Positions 1 through 12,339 of a stretch of 64,000 nt of DNA are shown here, piece by piece. The notes below the pieces were generated by a model, which was given only the letters and a program-made list of their open reading frames with translations, was not told the DNA's origin and made no database searches. Position 1 is the stretch's first letter. Each line of letters begins with the position of its first letter. The DNA is taken from NCBI RefSeq assembly GCF_009914755.1, contig NC_060925.1; one strand, 5' to 3'. Both the position numbers and the translations under genes were made by a program. The DNA comes from the human T2T-CHM13v2.0 reference genome, Homo sapiens.

Positions 1-167
1 CCAAGGAAGTGCCTCGGTGGCCGTCTCATGGGGCAGAAAAAGATCTGGGCTTCCTAATCCGATGTCAACCACAGCAGCTTCAATTTAAATTCATGTCATC
101 AGCCTCCAGGTCAGAGTTTTACAATAATACTTAATATGATTTGTTTTAAGTTAATTATGTGCCAAGG

Positions 168-320
168 TCCAAATTCTGACACTACCACTTAGTAACTGTG
201 TGACCCTGGGCTTTAGTGTGACCTTAGGCAAGATGCTGATCTGTGACTCAGTTTTCTTATCTGTAAATGGGAGATAATAACAATACCTACCTGAAAGAAC
301 TGTTATGAGGATTAAGTATA
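168..320 (+). mobile_element. MIR SINE fragment
   Basis: MIR core: actgtgtgacc...ctcagttttcttatctgtaaatgggagataataa...tgttatgaggatta. Confidence 0.75.
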
Positions 321-354
321 TGGAAATGCTATACCGTATACATTTTAGAAACTC

Positions 355-540
355 TTCTCATTGTCTCATTTAATCCTTAAAATGGTCCCTCTGAGGAACT
401 ATTGCCACCTCCCTAGCATAGATGAGACAACTGGCATTTAGAGAGATTTAGTATCTTTTTCAAGGTCACAATCTATAAGTGGCAGGGCTAGGATTGAAAC
501 ACAGACCTAGTCAACAGTGAAGCCTGTACCCATAATCTTA
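355..540 (-). mobile_element. MIR SINE fragment
   Basis: Reverse MIR core: tctcatttaatcct...agatgagacaactg...aaggtcaca...aagtggcagggctaggattgaaac. Confidence 0.7.
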
Positions 541-1739
541 CACAGAGGTAAAATGGAGGTAACACAGATAAAAAGACATTTGAAAATCACAAATTTAGAT
601 CTTTTGATGAGGAGGCAAGGTTCAAATTGACTCTTTAAATGAATGTTGACTTTTTAAAGTTTAACATTTCAATGCTGCTTAAATAAAATCCGCTATTTTA
701 AATGGCATATGCAACATTTCCAAACAAAAGTAAGAAGACACCAGGATGATATAAATTAACGTGTGAAAAGAGGCAGAAAAACACATGTAGATCAATCATG
801 CCTTTTACATTAGCAGAAATATTGCAAGGCCACTCAAGAATGCTTGTTTAAATTCATTTTGAAAACTCGAACTAATTTTCCTTCCTGCAGCTGCTACCCC
901 TTATGTTGCACGCTCTACTAAAAGCACAAAAGAGCCTGCCTTCCTCAATGTGTGCCGTCATCACCCTTGACTCCCTGGTTTAGCCAGGAGCGCAGGGAGT
1001 TTACAGCACAGCTTCTCATTCAGCTTCAGATTGTTATATTGGGTCCTGCAGGGATGGTCCCTTGTCTTTAATATTTGGAAGAAATATCTGTTTTCTTTTA
1101 GAGGGAGTCACAGCATTTGCCCCTATTTATCTTTCCTCATTTTACTTTGAGACACTATAAATAATAAAATACAATATCTATTCCCAATGTGAAAAGCAGC
1201 TCCCCTTTCTGAAGTGTCCTGGTCTTCCTTCATAGTTGTTGGCCTATCCTCAAATACGCCACATTTAATATGCCGGTGGGGTTTATGAATCCCCAACAGA
1301 GATTAGGCATGCTTTCGAGAAGAAGGTGGAAGGGCTGAGTTCAAGCCCTGATGCCACTAATCGGATGGGTAACTTTAGATACGTTGCTTAGCTCTCTCAG
1401 TCCTAAGCTTAAAAAAAAAAAAAAAGTTAAAATGGTGACGATGATAATAATCATTCAGTTGTTCATTCACAGTCACATTTTCTAAGCACCTACTTTTCGC
1501 GAGGCACTGGAAAACAAAGGTGAGTAATAAAAAAATTTCTAAATGCAACTGCTCACAATCTAGATCAGGAGACAGGAATCTAAACAAATCAGTAATGAGA
1601 AAAAGGAGAAAGGCTGTGACAAGAGACATCTCTATTTGGAACATCAGCTGTGGAAGGAGGAGGAGGAACTGACCATTCCTAAGAGATACAGCCTTAGTTG
1701 GAAACCACACATATTTCTACTTCACAAGGTTATTGGGAG

Positions 1740-2251
1740 GTTCCAGTGACATAATGAATTTGATTCCTTTGAGAACTTTACAGAGTAATTTCCATGTGCA
1801 GCAGATGTTGTTGATGCCCCGCCCTCATCCCTGTGCCTTTACCACTTCAGTGCAAACTGGGGACTTTAAACTTCCAGCACCTGCATGTCTGCCTGAGGGA
1901 TTTTTCCAGCCTCCAGGGCCCACCTGCTTTTCCACCTGTTCTGCCAAGGAATCAACGCCCACCGCCACATGCCCAGAGCAGTCCTCAACCAAATAAATAC
2001 CACTACTCCCTCACCCCTCAGGTGGAATAACTGAGGCCTGAGTGCCACACTGGCTGCCAGGAGGTTCCCAGCAGGATTGAGCTCCAGTTGCCTATAGTAG
2101 TAACTTGTTTGATAATGCAGCATGAATTGGCCGCCTTCCCTTCCTGTGCCATTTCCCTACTCTCCCAATGGGGTTTCTTTCACCTGCCAAATATTACTGC
2201 ACATGGATCTTTATCCTAGGGTATGCTTCTGAGAGAACTCAAACTAAGACA
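1740..2251 (+). mobile_element. Old ERVL-type solo LTR (LTR16/LTR33-like)
   Basis: 3' end ctaggggtatgcttctgagagaactcaaactaagaca resembles the LTR16-family terminus. The 5' boundary is uncertain. Confidence 0.5.
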
Positions 2252-3120
2252 AGATGTAAGCCATTTTTTCTTCTTATCATGTATCATTTTGAAATTTGAC
2301 CAGAATTATACACACCATTTTGCATGGAAAAAAGCACACTTTGTATTTATAAATCCTCTTCACAAAGTTAGGATTTAATCCACTTTAGCCATTGTAACAT
2401 AATACCTGCCTAAGAATTTCTCGAATCCATCCCAAGCCAACACTGATCTGGCTGAAGCCTTCATCTCTCACTTGAATTTCTACAATAGTCTCCTAGCTGC
2501 TCTCTGACTCCACTCTTTCTCCCAACAAATCCACACTTCTCACTATCTATCTGCAGTGACATTCACCTAGAAAGAAATTCTGAGCAGACCACTCCCAGCC
2601 CAAATAATACTTTTATGCATATTTATATAGGCCCCTGTTACTTGCAACACTTTACTTTTATCTACTGGAAAATTGTTGTGACGCTCTGATATCAGGTAAA
2701 GCAAAATGCTTAAGTGTCATCTTCAAGGAAACTGACAGAATAAATACACGAATCTGCAACATGTACGATGGGTGATGTCTATTTAGATGTACATCCTCAG
2801 GCACTGCACATCCTGCGCAACTGTATAGACCATCTTGGCTCTGACAACTCCCTGCTTCACTCACGAAGTGCTTGTCTTTTCCCAGCACCTACCACGAGGC
2901 TCCATGCCTCTGTTTATGCTGTCCTCTCTGCCTGGAAACACTGACTTCTCCTGGCTTGCTTCTGATGTTCCTTTAAAACCAGCTGAGCATTTCTTTTCTG
3001 CCAGAGATTATATCTGAACCACTCTCACAAGGCTGCGTGTCCCTCTTCTGTGCCCCTTCCACTTCTTCGTTTGTAACTCAATCTTTACACTTAGCACATT
3101 GGGTTAGAACTATCTGCTTA

Positions 3121-3258
3121 CATGGGCTTAATACCTAGGTGATGGGTTGATCTGTGCAGCAAACCACCATGGCACACGTTCACCTATGTAACAAACCTGC
3201 GCATCCCACACAGGTACCTGGAACTTAAAATAAAAGCTGAACAACAACCAAAAAGCAG
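3121..3258 (+). mobile_element. Severely 5'-truncated L1 (older L1PA 3' end)
   Basis: L1PA 3' UTR (ctaggtgatgggttga...ccatggcacacgtt..cctatgtaacaaacctgc), AATAAA and A-rich tail, flanked by direct repeat tatctgctta (3111-3120, 3259-3268). Confidence 0.8.
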
Positions 3259-3369
3259 TATCTGCTTATCGGCTTGTCTTCCTCAGTGAGGGCTGTCTTA
3301 CTCTTCCTCGCATCCCCAACATTTAGAGGAGGGCTTAGCCTAGAGTCAGAACATTTTGGAAACAGTGGA

Positions 3370-3610
3370 GTGTGGAATGTGGAGTACGTGAGAGAAGGCT
3401 CTGCAGTGACACAGACCTAGCCAAATCTTGATCTGTCAAGTTCTGGCCAAGTGACCTTGGGCAAATGGCCTCACCTCTCTACATCTCCATGTCTTTGTTG
3501 GTAAGATGGAGATGACACCATTACCTGCCTCAGACAGTGACGGTGAGGGTGAAATAAGCTGCTGCCTGTATTGAGCACAGTGCCTGACAGCAGGCACACA
3601 GTCCATACTA
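3370..3610 (+). mobile_element. MIR SINE
   Basis: gtgaccttgggcaa...cacctctct...gtaagatggagatg...agcacagtgcctgaca. Confidence 0.6.
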
Positions 3611-4205
3611 ACTCTTGTTTTTTATTATAAGCTCAATAAACATTTGAAAGATGAATGTGCCTCCCTTTATACCAAACAAGCAATCCCTTATGGCAAACCT
3701 ACCTTTAGATGGACCCTTCTGTATACCCAAAATTGTGATGAACACTTTGCATACATTAGTATATTTTGTCTGTACAACCACTTTGCTAGAAAGGTTTAAT
3801 GACCAGCCTGTTACAAATGAGGAAATTGAGAACAAAAAAATCAGTGGCTTCTCTTGGTGGCACGGGAGTTAAGTGTGAGAGGCTGGGCCAAACCTGGTCT
3901 GCGTGATACAAGCTTGTTCTCTTAACCAAACTATGGAAGCATAAAAGAGGAGCCTCACTATTCTACTGGAAGTTGAGGAAGTAAGGGAGGCTGATGGAGG
4001 GGCACAGGCAGACATGAGGAGAGAGGAGGAGGTGGAGGGGTGGAGGGACTCCTTAGAAGACTCGATGAGTGTAAAGACTGTGAATTCGAAGAACAGGTTT
4101 CATGACTAGTTCCAAGGGTTCTTGTGTAGAAATTAGGAGGTGAGATTAAAAGGGAATGGTGAGTGCAAAGTCAGTAAGGATCCCGTGTGCTAAGCAAAGA
4201 TTTGA

Positions 4206-4497
<292 letters not shown>

Positions 4498-4554
4498 AAG
4501 ATTTGGGTCTTTATCTTGAAAACTGTATAAACCTTTTGAAAGGCAAAGGACACT

Positions 4555-5180
4555 AGAAAGACTGACCACATCAAGGGCTTGACAAGGATGTGGAACCAAC
4601 TGGAACTCTCATTCATTGCAGGTGGGAATATAAAATGGTACAACCACTATGGAAAACTGTTTGACAGCCTTCTAAAGTTGACTAGATGCCTATTGTATGA
4701 TACAACCACTCCACTTCTAAGTTAATAGTTTTGCTCGTAAGAACCCCAAACTGGAAACAAACTAAATGTTCATTAACGGGAGGAAGGATTTTTTTTTTAA
4801 ATATTGCTGCAGTCACACAGTAGAATAGTATTCAACAATAAAAAGGAATAAGCTATTAATACACTCAACAACATGGATAAATCTCAAAAATATTATGCTA
4901 AGTAAAATAAGTCAGAATAAAAGGTATATGCTGTATGATGTCATCTATATTAACTTACAGAATAGGCAGATAAAACTCAAAACAATGTCTCTGTGTTTGC
5001 CTTTTGGTTGGAGGTAGTATGACTCGTAGGAAGTATGAAGGTATTCTCTGGAGTGGCAGAAATGATCTATATCTTGACAGTGGTGGTAGTTAAAAAGTGT
5101 ATAATTTTGTCAAAACACATCAAACCATACACTTAAATTCTGCACATTTTATTGTATGTATATATCTTAAAAAATAAAAG
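4555..5180 (+). mobile_element. Old L1M 3' fragment
   Basis: L1M 3'-region motifs: gacaaggatgtgga..aactggaactctca..cattgcaggtgggaat..aaatggtacaaccact; caacaacatggataaatctcaaaa. Confidence 0.7.
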
Positions 5181-5358
5181 TAGCAAAAAAAAGTACCTCA
5201 TAAAATGAGGAACTGCCTTTGGTTATACTATCTAAAGGTTGGATTTTAACTATACATGCAGTATTCTTGTAAATCAGACCAATTTAGGGTTCAGTAGAAC
5301 TTGGTTATTGGAACTCTCGGAAAGCTTCTATTCATTCTTTTGTCTTTGTTGCATTGTT

Positions 5359-5643
5359 GTTGAGACAAGGTCTCACTCTGTTGCCCAGGCTGGAGTGCAG
5401 TGGCCTGATTTCGGCCCACCACAACCTTGACCACCCATGGCTCAGGTGATCCTCCCACCTCAGCCTCCCTAGTAGCTGGAAATACAGGTGCAGACCACCA
5501 TGCCTGGCTAATTTTTGTATTTCTTGTAGAGATGGGGTTTTACCTTGTTGCCCAGGCTGGTCTTGAACTCCTTTGCTCAAGCTATACACCTGCCTCAGCT
5601 TCCCAAAGTGCTGTAATTACAGGTGTGAGCCACCATGTCTGGC
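5359..5643 (-). mobile_element. Alu (AluJ-like)
   Basis: Diverged, CpG-depleted reverse Alu (gagacaaggtctcactctgttgcccaggctgg...gatcctcccacctcagcc). Confidence 0.9.
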
Positions 5644-5699
5644 TTATTCATTCACCGTTTAACAAAAATTTATTTGTTTTATCAAATGTTTATTTAGCC

Positions 5700-5900
5700 C
5701 AACGCTACCATCTACTATCTGGGTGACTTTGAACAAATGACTCTTTGATTTTCAGTTCACTCATTTGTGAAATGGGGATAGTAATAGTACCTACTTCATG
5801 AGGTTGTTGTAGGGACTAAATAAGTTGATACAAGCAAAGTTCTTAGAATGGTGCTGGTGCATAGTAAAGGGCTAGCTAAATGTTAGTGATTAATATTATT
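5700..5900 (+). mobile_element. MIR SINE
   Basis: gggtgactttgaacaa...cagttcactcatttgtgaaatggggatagtaatagtacctac. Confidence 0.7.
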
Positions 5901-6189
5901 ATCCTCAGTTATGTGCCAGCCTTGGTGGATATAAACAGTAATAAGACATAGAAAATTTATAGTCTAGAAGAGAGGATCAACAATAAACATGTGAATAGAT
6001 ATGACTAAATCTGCTTAGTGCAATAATAAAATTTGAAAAGTGCTTTGAGAACATAAATGACTGTGTTGGCATGGAAGAATCCATTAAAAATGAAAATAAT
6101 CAGCCACCTAAATCAAATCAAGTTCTGATAGTCATTTATTGTTTTTCAATACTGTGGTTACTAAGATTCCTCCTTTTCTTGGCAACTGA

Positions 6190-7485
6190 AACTTGCAACT
6201 CTCAAGGCTCAGGCCTGTGACCTCTTCTATTCTGTGGCTTATTCCTAGGTGATCTCATCCATTCCACTTGTGATAGTCATTTCACATCTCTAAGCCCAAC
6301 ATCATACTGAACTGCAAGTGCCTGTGACATCTCACACTGATTGTGTCTACATCCAAATTCTCCCTCCACAGCCCCCTAATCCTTCTCTCACAGTGTTCCC
6401 CATACTGGAAATAGCAGCTCCATTCTCCAGCTGCCCAGTCCACAAGCCTTGCAGTTTTCCTCCCCTCCTCTCTACTTCTATTATAATGTCTCATACCCAG
6501 TAATCACCAAATCTTGAATTCAGTCACTTGTAAAAGTTCTATGACCTCCTTTCACCTAGACCATTGCAATATAGCCAAACTGATCTCCTTGTTTCCACTC
6601 TCCCTTCTCCAAAAGCTATTCTCAGCACAGCAGTCAGGTGATCTTTCCAAGGCATTACGGATCCATAATCTTCACCTGCCTTAAACCTTCAGGTGGGATT
6701 CCTTCACACCATCTGTTTCATGGCTGACAAGGTCCTAGATATCTGGCTCCAGACTGCCTCTCTGTCATCCTCCTCTACCACTCTCTGGCTCCCTTTATTC
6801 CAGCCTCACTAGCCCCCTTGCTGTCTCTCCAACATGCCAAGCAAGGTCTTAGGCAAGCTCTCTCTTGTCTCATGGTCTTTGCACGTGATGTTCCCTTTGC
6901 ATGGGATGACCTTCCTCCAGATAGCCTCATGGCTCACTCTCTTACTTCACTCATTTATCTGCTCAATTGTTGCCATCCTAGCTACAACAGCTCCTACACT
7001 TCAATCTCTAACTGCTTCCCCTGCTTTTCTTCCTAGCATCTGACATTCTTTTTTTCTTGACACGGGGTCTTGCTCTGTCAGCCAAGCTTGAGTGCAGTGG
7101 CACAATCATGCCTGACTTCAACCTCGACCTCCCAGGCTCAAGCAAATCCTCCCACCTCAGCTTCCCAAGTAGCTGGGACTACAGGCATGCACCACCTTGC
7201 CCAGCTAATTTTTGTATTTTTTTGTAGAAACAGGGTCTCACCATGTTGCCTAGGCTGGTCTTGAACTCCTGGGCTCAGCAATCCTCCCACCTCAGCTTCC
7301 CGAAGTGTTAGGATTACAGGTGTGAGCCACCATGCCTGGCCCTATTGTATTAGTTTATCATCCTTGCTTAAATATAAACCTGATGAGGCAGAGTCTGTGT
7401 GTGTCTTATTCATATCTCCATGACCTAGAATAATACCTGGCACACAGTAGATGCTCAATTCATATTTGTTGAATTAATGAATGAG
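6190..7485 (+). mobile_element. L2 LINE fragment interrupted by an AluJ
   Basis: C/T-rich L2 3' region ending in tacctggcacacagtagatgctcaa..tatttgttgaattaatgaatga. Confidence 0.6.
7047..7342 (-). mobile_element. Alu (AluJ-like)
   Basis: Reverse Alu with J diagnostics (acctcgacctcccaggctcaagc..atcctcccacctcagc; ctcctgggctca). Confidence 0.9.
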
Positions 7486-7489
7486 TTAC

Positions 7490-7900
7490 TATCACCTTAG
7501 TTTATGCAGAGCTTCACAGTTTACAAAGCAGTCACATACACAATATCTTAATAAGCCCTCTAACGATTTGTGGTATAGGCTTTGTTATATCCATTTTATA
7601 GATATGTTGACAGTCCCTTGCTCAAGGTCACACAGCAATTAGAAGTAAAAGTCAAACTCTGGTGTTTTGCCTTCAAGCCCAGTTTATTAATCATAAATAT
7701 AAAATACTATTAGCAATTTATTGGTGTTGTTCAAGACATTTGCATCTCGTTTAACCTTCACAACAATGCTTTGAGGTGGGTACTATTTTGCAGATGTGGA
7801 AACTAAATCCCTGCGAAGTAACATACCCTAGGTCACAGTGCTGAAAAATGGTAAAGTCAGAATCTGGGTCCTGACAGCCTGATTCCAGGAGCTTATTCTC
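7490..7900 (-). mobile_element. Two MIR fragments
   Basis: ccattttatagat...ctcaaggtcacacagc and ttttgcagatgtggaaact...ctaggtcacag. Confidence 0.55.
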
Positions 7901-10844
7901 AACAGATGGACCCACTAGGCCTAGCCTGTAAAATAAAGAGAGTTAAGGAAACTGCAAACATAAATGGACAAGAATCAAATTTGTTCCATGGGGACTTTCT
8001 GCCATTAATAAAATTTTTGCTCTTGCTTCATGTAGTAAAACTTTCTTCTTTTTCTTTGAGATCATAATGTGGAAAGCAATTGTATCTCAAATGCAGTTCA
8101 TTATATTGTTTTCTGGTTTTTATCCATCTTTGAAATGTTTGAAACGTTTGTTTCTAAATTGAGAAGTCACTTAGGAATTTTAGGAATTGTGGGCAGAGCT
8201 TACGGATTTCCAGCAGTCTGTCTTTCTTCCTCCTTTGGTAGCTTTGTGCTGCCTTTTGTGGCATGAGCATAGGCTAGCGTTCCCTCTGAGCACGGATTCC
8301 ACCTGCTCTCTCACCGCCCTATGACATGCCTTGTTTCATCAATTCTCACCTTCATTGTATCACATAACCTACATTGCAGAACACTCAATTTATTTTCCTT
8401 TCTTTTTTTCCTTTTTTCAAAAGGAAGAGGCTATTTGATTGGATGTGATGGCACCAGAGGCAGAAATGTGGCAAAATTTTAAATGGTGAGAAATCCATCT
8501 CAGCTACCTGGATTTTGAGAAACAAATTGTGATTTCTCGACTCACTTTGAATTGAACTGTGCAAGTTAGATGAACTAAAAAAGCTTCATTGACTTGTCTA
8601 CTTGTCCGCTTGTCTCCAAGTCAGTCAAGTGTTTGTGAATGCTGCCTGTTTTCTACCCTGTATAATTATTCAAATGATTAACTTAAGGGTGAATATAAAG
8701 GTATATAAACATAAGTAGATGCCCTTGAAATAACAAAGCCCTCAGACCTTACATAAGCAGGCATTTAGAAGGTGAAAAACAAATCAGGTGTGTTGATTGT
8801 TCCTAAAGATTGTAACAGAAAGATTCTAAGCACTTACCTGGGAATATACTGTGAAGAGAGCATGTGGTCTATTGATCCAGGCATCCCTAATACCTGGCAC
8901 ATAGTAGGTACTCAACAGAGTAAGTGCTTAACATAGGAAGTGCTTGATAAATTTGTGTTGAATCTATAGTACTCTGTCTTTTATTGCCTAGTCATGAACT
9001 TGTCTCAACACACGTGCATACACACACACATATTAGGTTGTGAGCTCTTAGAGGAGAAGGTCTGTCTTATTCACCACTGTATTCTCTAATACAGAACCAC
9101 CAAATAAGTGGCAATCATTAATGATCATCAAATTGAAGTAAATTCTATGACTTGTTTTCTTTATCTCGTTTCCCTCACCCTATCTTGTCCATTTGGCTCT
9201 CAAGCCAGAATGCCTGAAATGGCTGCATTAATCTAATCAAATATGTAAAAGCCAAGACCTTGAAATCTTTCAAATCAAGCTCTGAATTACATTTTTAAAT
9301 TTACCCTGGCCATTTCATAAGTAGATTTAGCAACTAGCTAACTGCTATCCCAGGAGGGGAAAAAAAAACCCATAAGCTTAATGAATTTGGTCAGACATAC
9401 AGTGTAACAGATGTCCAACATGCTGCCATGAACTTAAATCATAGATATGATGCCTCTGTTTGGCATGGCAAAATATATTAGAACTGTTTCATCAGTCACT
9501 GGGCAACTTGCTAGATGGAGGGGGAATAATCCTGAAAAATGCAGGAGCTGCTTCTAATAGCATCTAAAAGGATCCCTGGAGAAACACAGATAATCTGCTT
9601 GCAGTGATTCATCAAGTTGGTCCTTTGTTTCATTAATTTGAGTGTCAAGTGCAACCATACAATAAAGAATTGCCAAGACCTGGTAAGATTCTCCTCTGGC
9701 TGCTGCTTTTCCTGCCCTAACAACTGGTACTATTCATGCCTAAAGCACAAACTGAATAAATAGTTTCAAGGCTGGCAATGTTGGACAGTGCTTCCTATTT
9801 TGCTTTTCCTTGAAAGGCTAAATCGTGTGCTTTCTTGCCCTCTCCCAAACACGTTGCACTGATATTCATTATTGCACCAATAATTTTAACTTTCTTAATA
9901 CTAAGTATGGAAGGATGCCTCATAAGATAAAAATAGTTCCTGTTGTATCATCAGTCCAGCAATAGATTAGGGAAGATTAAAAATGGATTGTAATGCCTTC
10001 TTTGGCCTTGAGAAAGCTCTTATTGTGCCCATGGTTCAGTAGGCCTGCTGATCATTTCCATCTTAATGTAATCTTTAACATTACACTGCTACAGGTGAGA
10101 TGTTAAGTAATACATTAAGACAACTATTTTCACTGAGCAATTTCACAAGAAATATGTTTTTAGCTAAATTAGACATTTAACAAATGCCATTTGTAATTCA
10201 ATGCAGAGGAGACAGCATCCTTAAAACAAGCTATTGATGTGACTTTCCCAACATAAAACAATACTTATGTTTTTTTAATTTTAATTGAAGTCCTGAATGT
10301 GAAACTATCGCCGTCAGTGCAGTAGACCAACGGAAAGCACCAAATACCTTAGGATTATGAAATAAGCCATATGCAGTTTTATCTCTAGCAGACAGAAATT
10401 CTTCATCCAAATTAGGAAGAATCTACAGGTCAAGTTAATCATGTAGCTGTGACGTGCTGAATGTTTTTAAAACTTTAAGATCATTTAGATGAACACTAGG
10501 AAACTCAGAGGTCAGGCAGAAATGTAAATTGTAATATTCAATGAAAATAATAAATGAAATAATTGAGATGAAATATTATCTAAAGAATGCATGAGAATAA
10601 CTGAATCTGATAAAGTAAAATTAAAATTAAGAGAGAAGAGAAAATAAGAAAGTGAGCAATTGAAAAACGGAATAATAAATAATTTTTTAAGAAAAATAAT
10701 TTCATCATGTATTTCTCTATGCTACGTACATAAACGCAAACGCTATAAATAGAGTTATTGACATTTGGGAGGTTGATTTGTTTTTATCAACATCGCAAAA
10801 CAGAAAATTTAGGTTGCAGATTTTCACATGGCTATCACGTTCAG

Positions 10845-11082
10845 AATCCAATCAGGTTCTCCTTCTTTACTACTTGATGACTTCTTTAAAGATAAATAAG
10901 CCCGCGGACCAAGAAGTGGGTACACTGGCTCGGTTAACTCTCTCTCCCCAGAAATTTCACTACTGAAAAGATTATTATTTGGGGGCGGGGAAGGGGATGT
11001 AGAGGTCTTTAGGACCCAGCAGGCGGCGGCAGGCGGCAGTTGTGTAGATCGCTGAGAGACTACGAGGGTCCGGTTCAGTTTT
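10845..11082 (+). promoter_or_regulatory. Candidate TATA-less core/proximal promoter: CCAAT box, GC box, Inr
   Basis: CCAATCAG at 10848, GGGGCGGGG (Sp/KLF) at 10982-10990, Inr-like TCAGTT with A at 11077. Motif matches only; the TSS is not directly observable. Confidence 0.55.
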
Positions 11083-11200
11083 AATTCTGTCTCTAATCTC
11101 TGCAACAGCCGCGCTTCCCGGGTCCCGCGGCTCCCGCGCGCGATCTGCCGCGGCCGGCTGCTGGGCAAAAATCAGAGCCGCCTCCGCCCCATTACCCATC

Positions 11201-11245
11201 ATGGAAACCCTCCAGGAAAAAGTGGCCCCGGACGCGCGAGCCTGA
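11201..11245 (+). other. Upstream ORF (METLQEKVAPDARA*, 14 aa) in the probable 5' UTR
   Basis: ATC ATG G (A at -3, G at +4). TGA at 11243-11245 ends 27 nt before the main ATG, in the same frame. Confidence 0.6.
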
Positions 11246-11272
11246 GGATTCTGCACAAAAGAGGTGCCCAAA

Positions 11273-11287
11273 ATGAAGACCCTGATG
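11273..11287 (+). CDS. ST6GALNAC5: ST6GALNAC5 coding exon 1 (MKTLM)
   Basis: AAA ATG AAG ACC CTG ATG followed by consensus donor GTGAGT at 11288. A phase-0 join to exon 2 gives MKTLMRHGLAVCLALTTMCTSLLLVYSSLGG, which I recognise as the ST6GalNAc V N-terminus. Confidence 0.93.
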
Positions 11288-12093
11288 GTGAGTCAGTTGT
11301 GGCAACTCCACCGGGCAAAGAGGGGGATCCCCGGGCTCAGGGTCCACGGGACGCACCGTGGAGACTCCGAGACGCCTAACCCTGGGCCGCGAGGTCGCCT
11401 GTTACAAAGGGACAACTTTCTACCCGCTCCGCGTTCCCTCCCGATTCTCCAGCTCTGCCTGGCTCGGAATCCCAGAGCCAGGATGGGAACTCGGGGTTGC
11501 CTCGCCTCCTAGATCTCCGGCGAGAGGTCCGAGGGGGTGGCGGAGAGCTGCAGGAGCGATGGAGGAGTGGACAGATTGCTCAAGGGATGGGGGTGCCCAA
11601 AAGCAACAGCCTGCCAAAAACTAAGAGGGACGGGGAGGGGGGACCTTTGCAGACTTTCTTCGTTTTCTTAGATTTCAAACTTGCAAGGATCGCAAGGATC
11701 CAGGGCCCCAGGAAAGGAGGGGTGTGAAGGACTCAAAATTCCAGCAGCTTGGCTGGGGTGGCTGCGCCAGACGGGCCCTTCCCCAAAGTGCAAACCCACC
11801 CCTGTCCTCGGCCCCGGCGCGCTCCCTCCCTCAGCCCGGGGCCGTACACCACCTGCCCTCTACCGAGAGATCTGGGCGGCGGCGGCCGAAAGCAGCGACG
11901 CGCCCGGAGCATCCCTTGCGATACGCTAGGGGACGGTGCTTTCTCTGTCCCAGTTGCGTGCGGCGGGGCTGGGGCCCAGGCCGCCCCAAATCTCCCCCAC
12001 TAGAGTGACCACCGCACAGTTGTCCCCGCTGGGCGCGCTCCTCCGGTGTCTGCGCTCAGCCGCTCTCCTCTTCTCTCTCCCGCCCGCCCGCAG
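11288..12093 (+). other. ST6GALNAC5: ST6GALNAC5 intron 1 (806 nt, GT-AG, phase 0)
   Basis: GTGAGT ... ctctcctcttctctctcccgcccgcccgCAG between the two coding exons. Confidence 0.9.
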
Positions 12094-12189
12094 CGCCATG
12101 GTCTGGCAGTGTGTTTAGCGCTCACCACCATGTGCACCAGCTTGTTGCTAGTGTACAGCAGCCTCGGCGGCCAGAAGGAGCGGCCCCCG

Positions 12190-12225
<36 letters not shown>

Positions 12226-12339
12226 GCGTCGGCCACCGGCAGCTCGCAGCCGGCGGCGGAGAGCAGCACCCAGCAGCGCCCCGGGGTCCCCGCGGGACCG
12301 CGGCCACTGGACGGATACCTCGGAGTGGCGGACCACAAG
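12094..12339 (+). CDS. ST6GALNAC5: ST6GALNAC5 coding exon 2: signal-anchor TM plus polyQ stem of alpha-N-acetylgalactosaminide alpha-2,6-sialyltransferase 5
   Basis: Polypyrimidine tract and CAG acceptor (12061-12093), then 82 codons RHGLAVCLALTTMCTSLLLVYSSL...Q12...PLDGYLGVADHK, then donor AAG|GTGACA at 12340. Type II Golgi glycosyltransferase architecture; sialylmotif exons are not in the window. Confidence 0.95.
12190..12225 (+). repeat. Coding trinucleotide repeat (CAG)7 CAA (CAG)4 = Q12
   Basis: Read directly in exon 2. Confidence 0.97.

Noticed and set aside
168-540. Inverted MIR pair as a hairpin or dsRNA source
   Set aside because: Copies are too diverged for stable pairing and lie about 10 kb upstream of the gene.
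10500-10700. Very A-rich tract upstream of the promoter
   Set aside because: Low-complexity sequence with no periodicity or identifiable element.
12088-12110. REST/RE1-like site at the exon-2 acceptor (cagcgccatggtctg)
   Set aside because: Too many mismatches in the GGACAG half-site, and the sequence is explained by splice and coding constraint.
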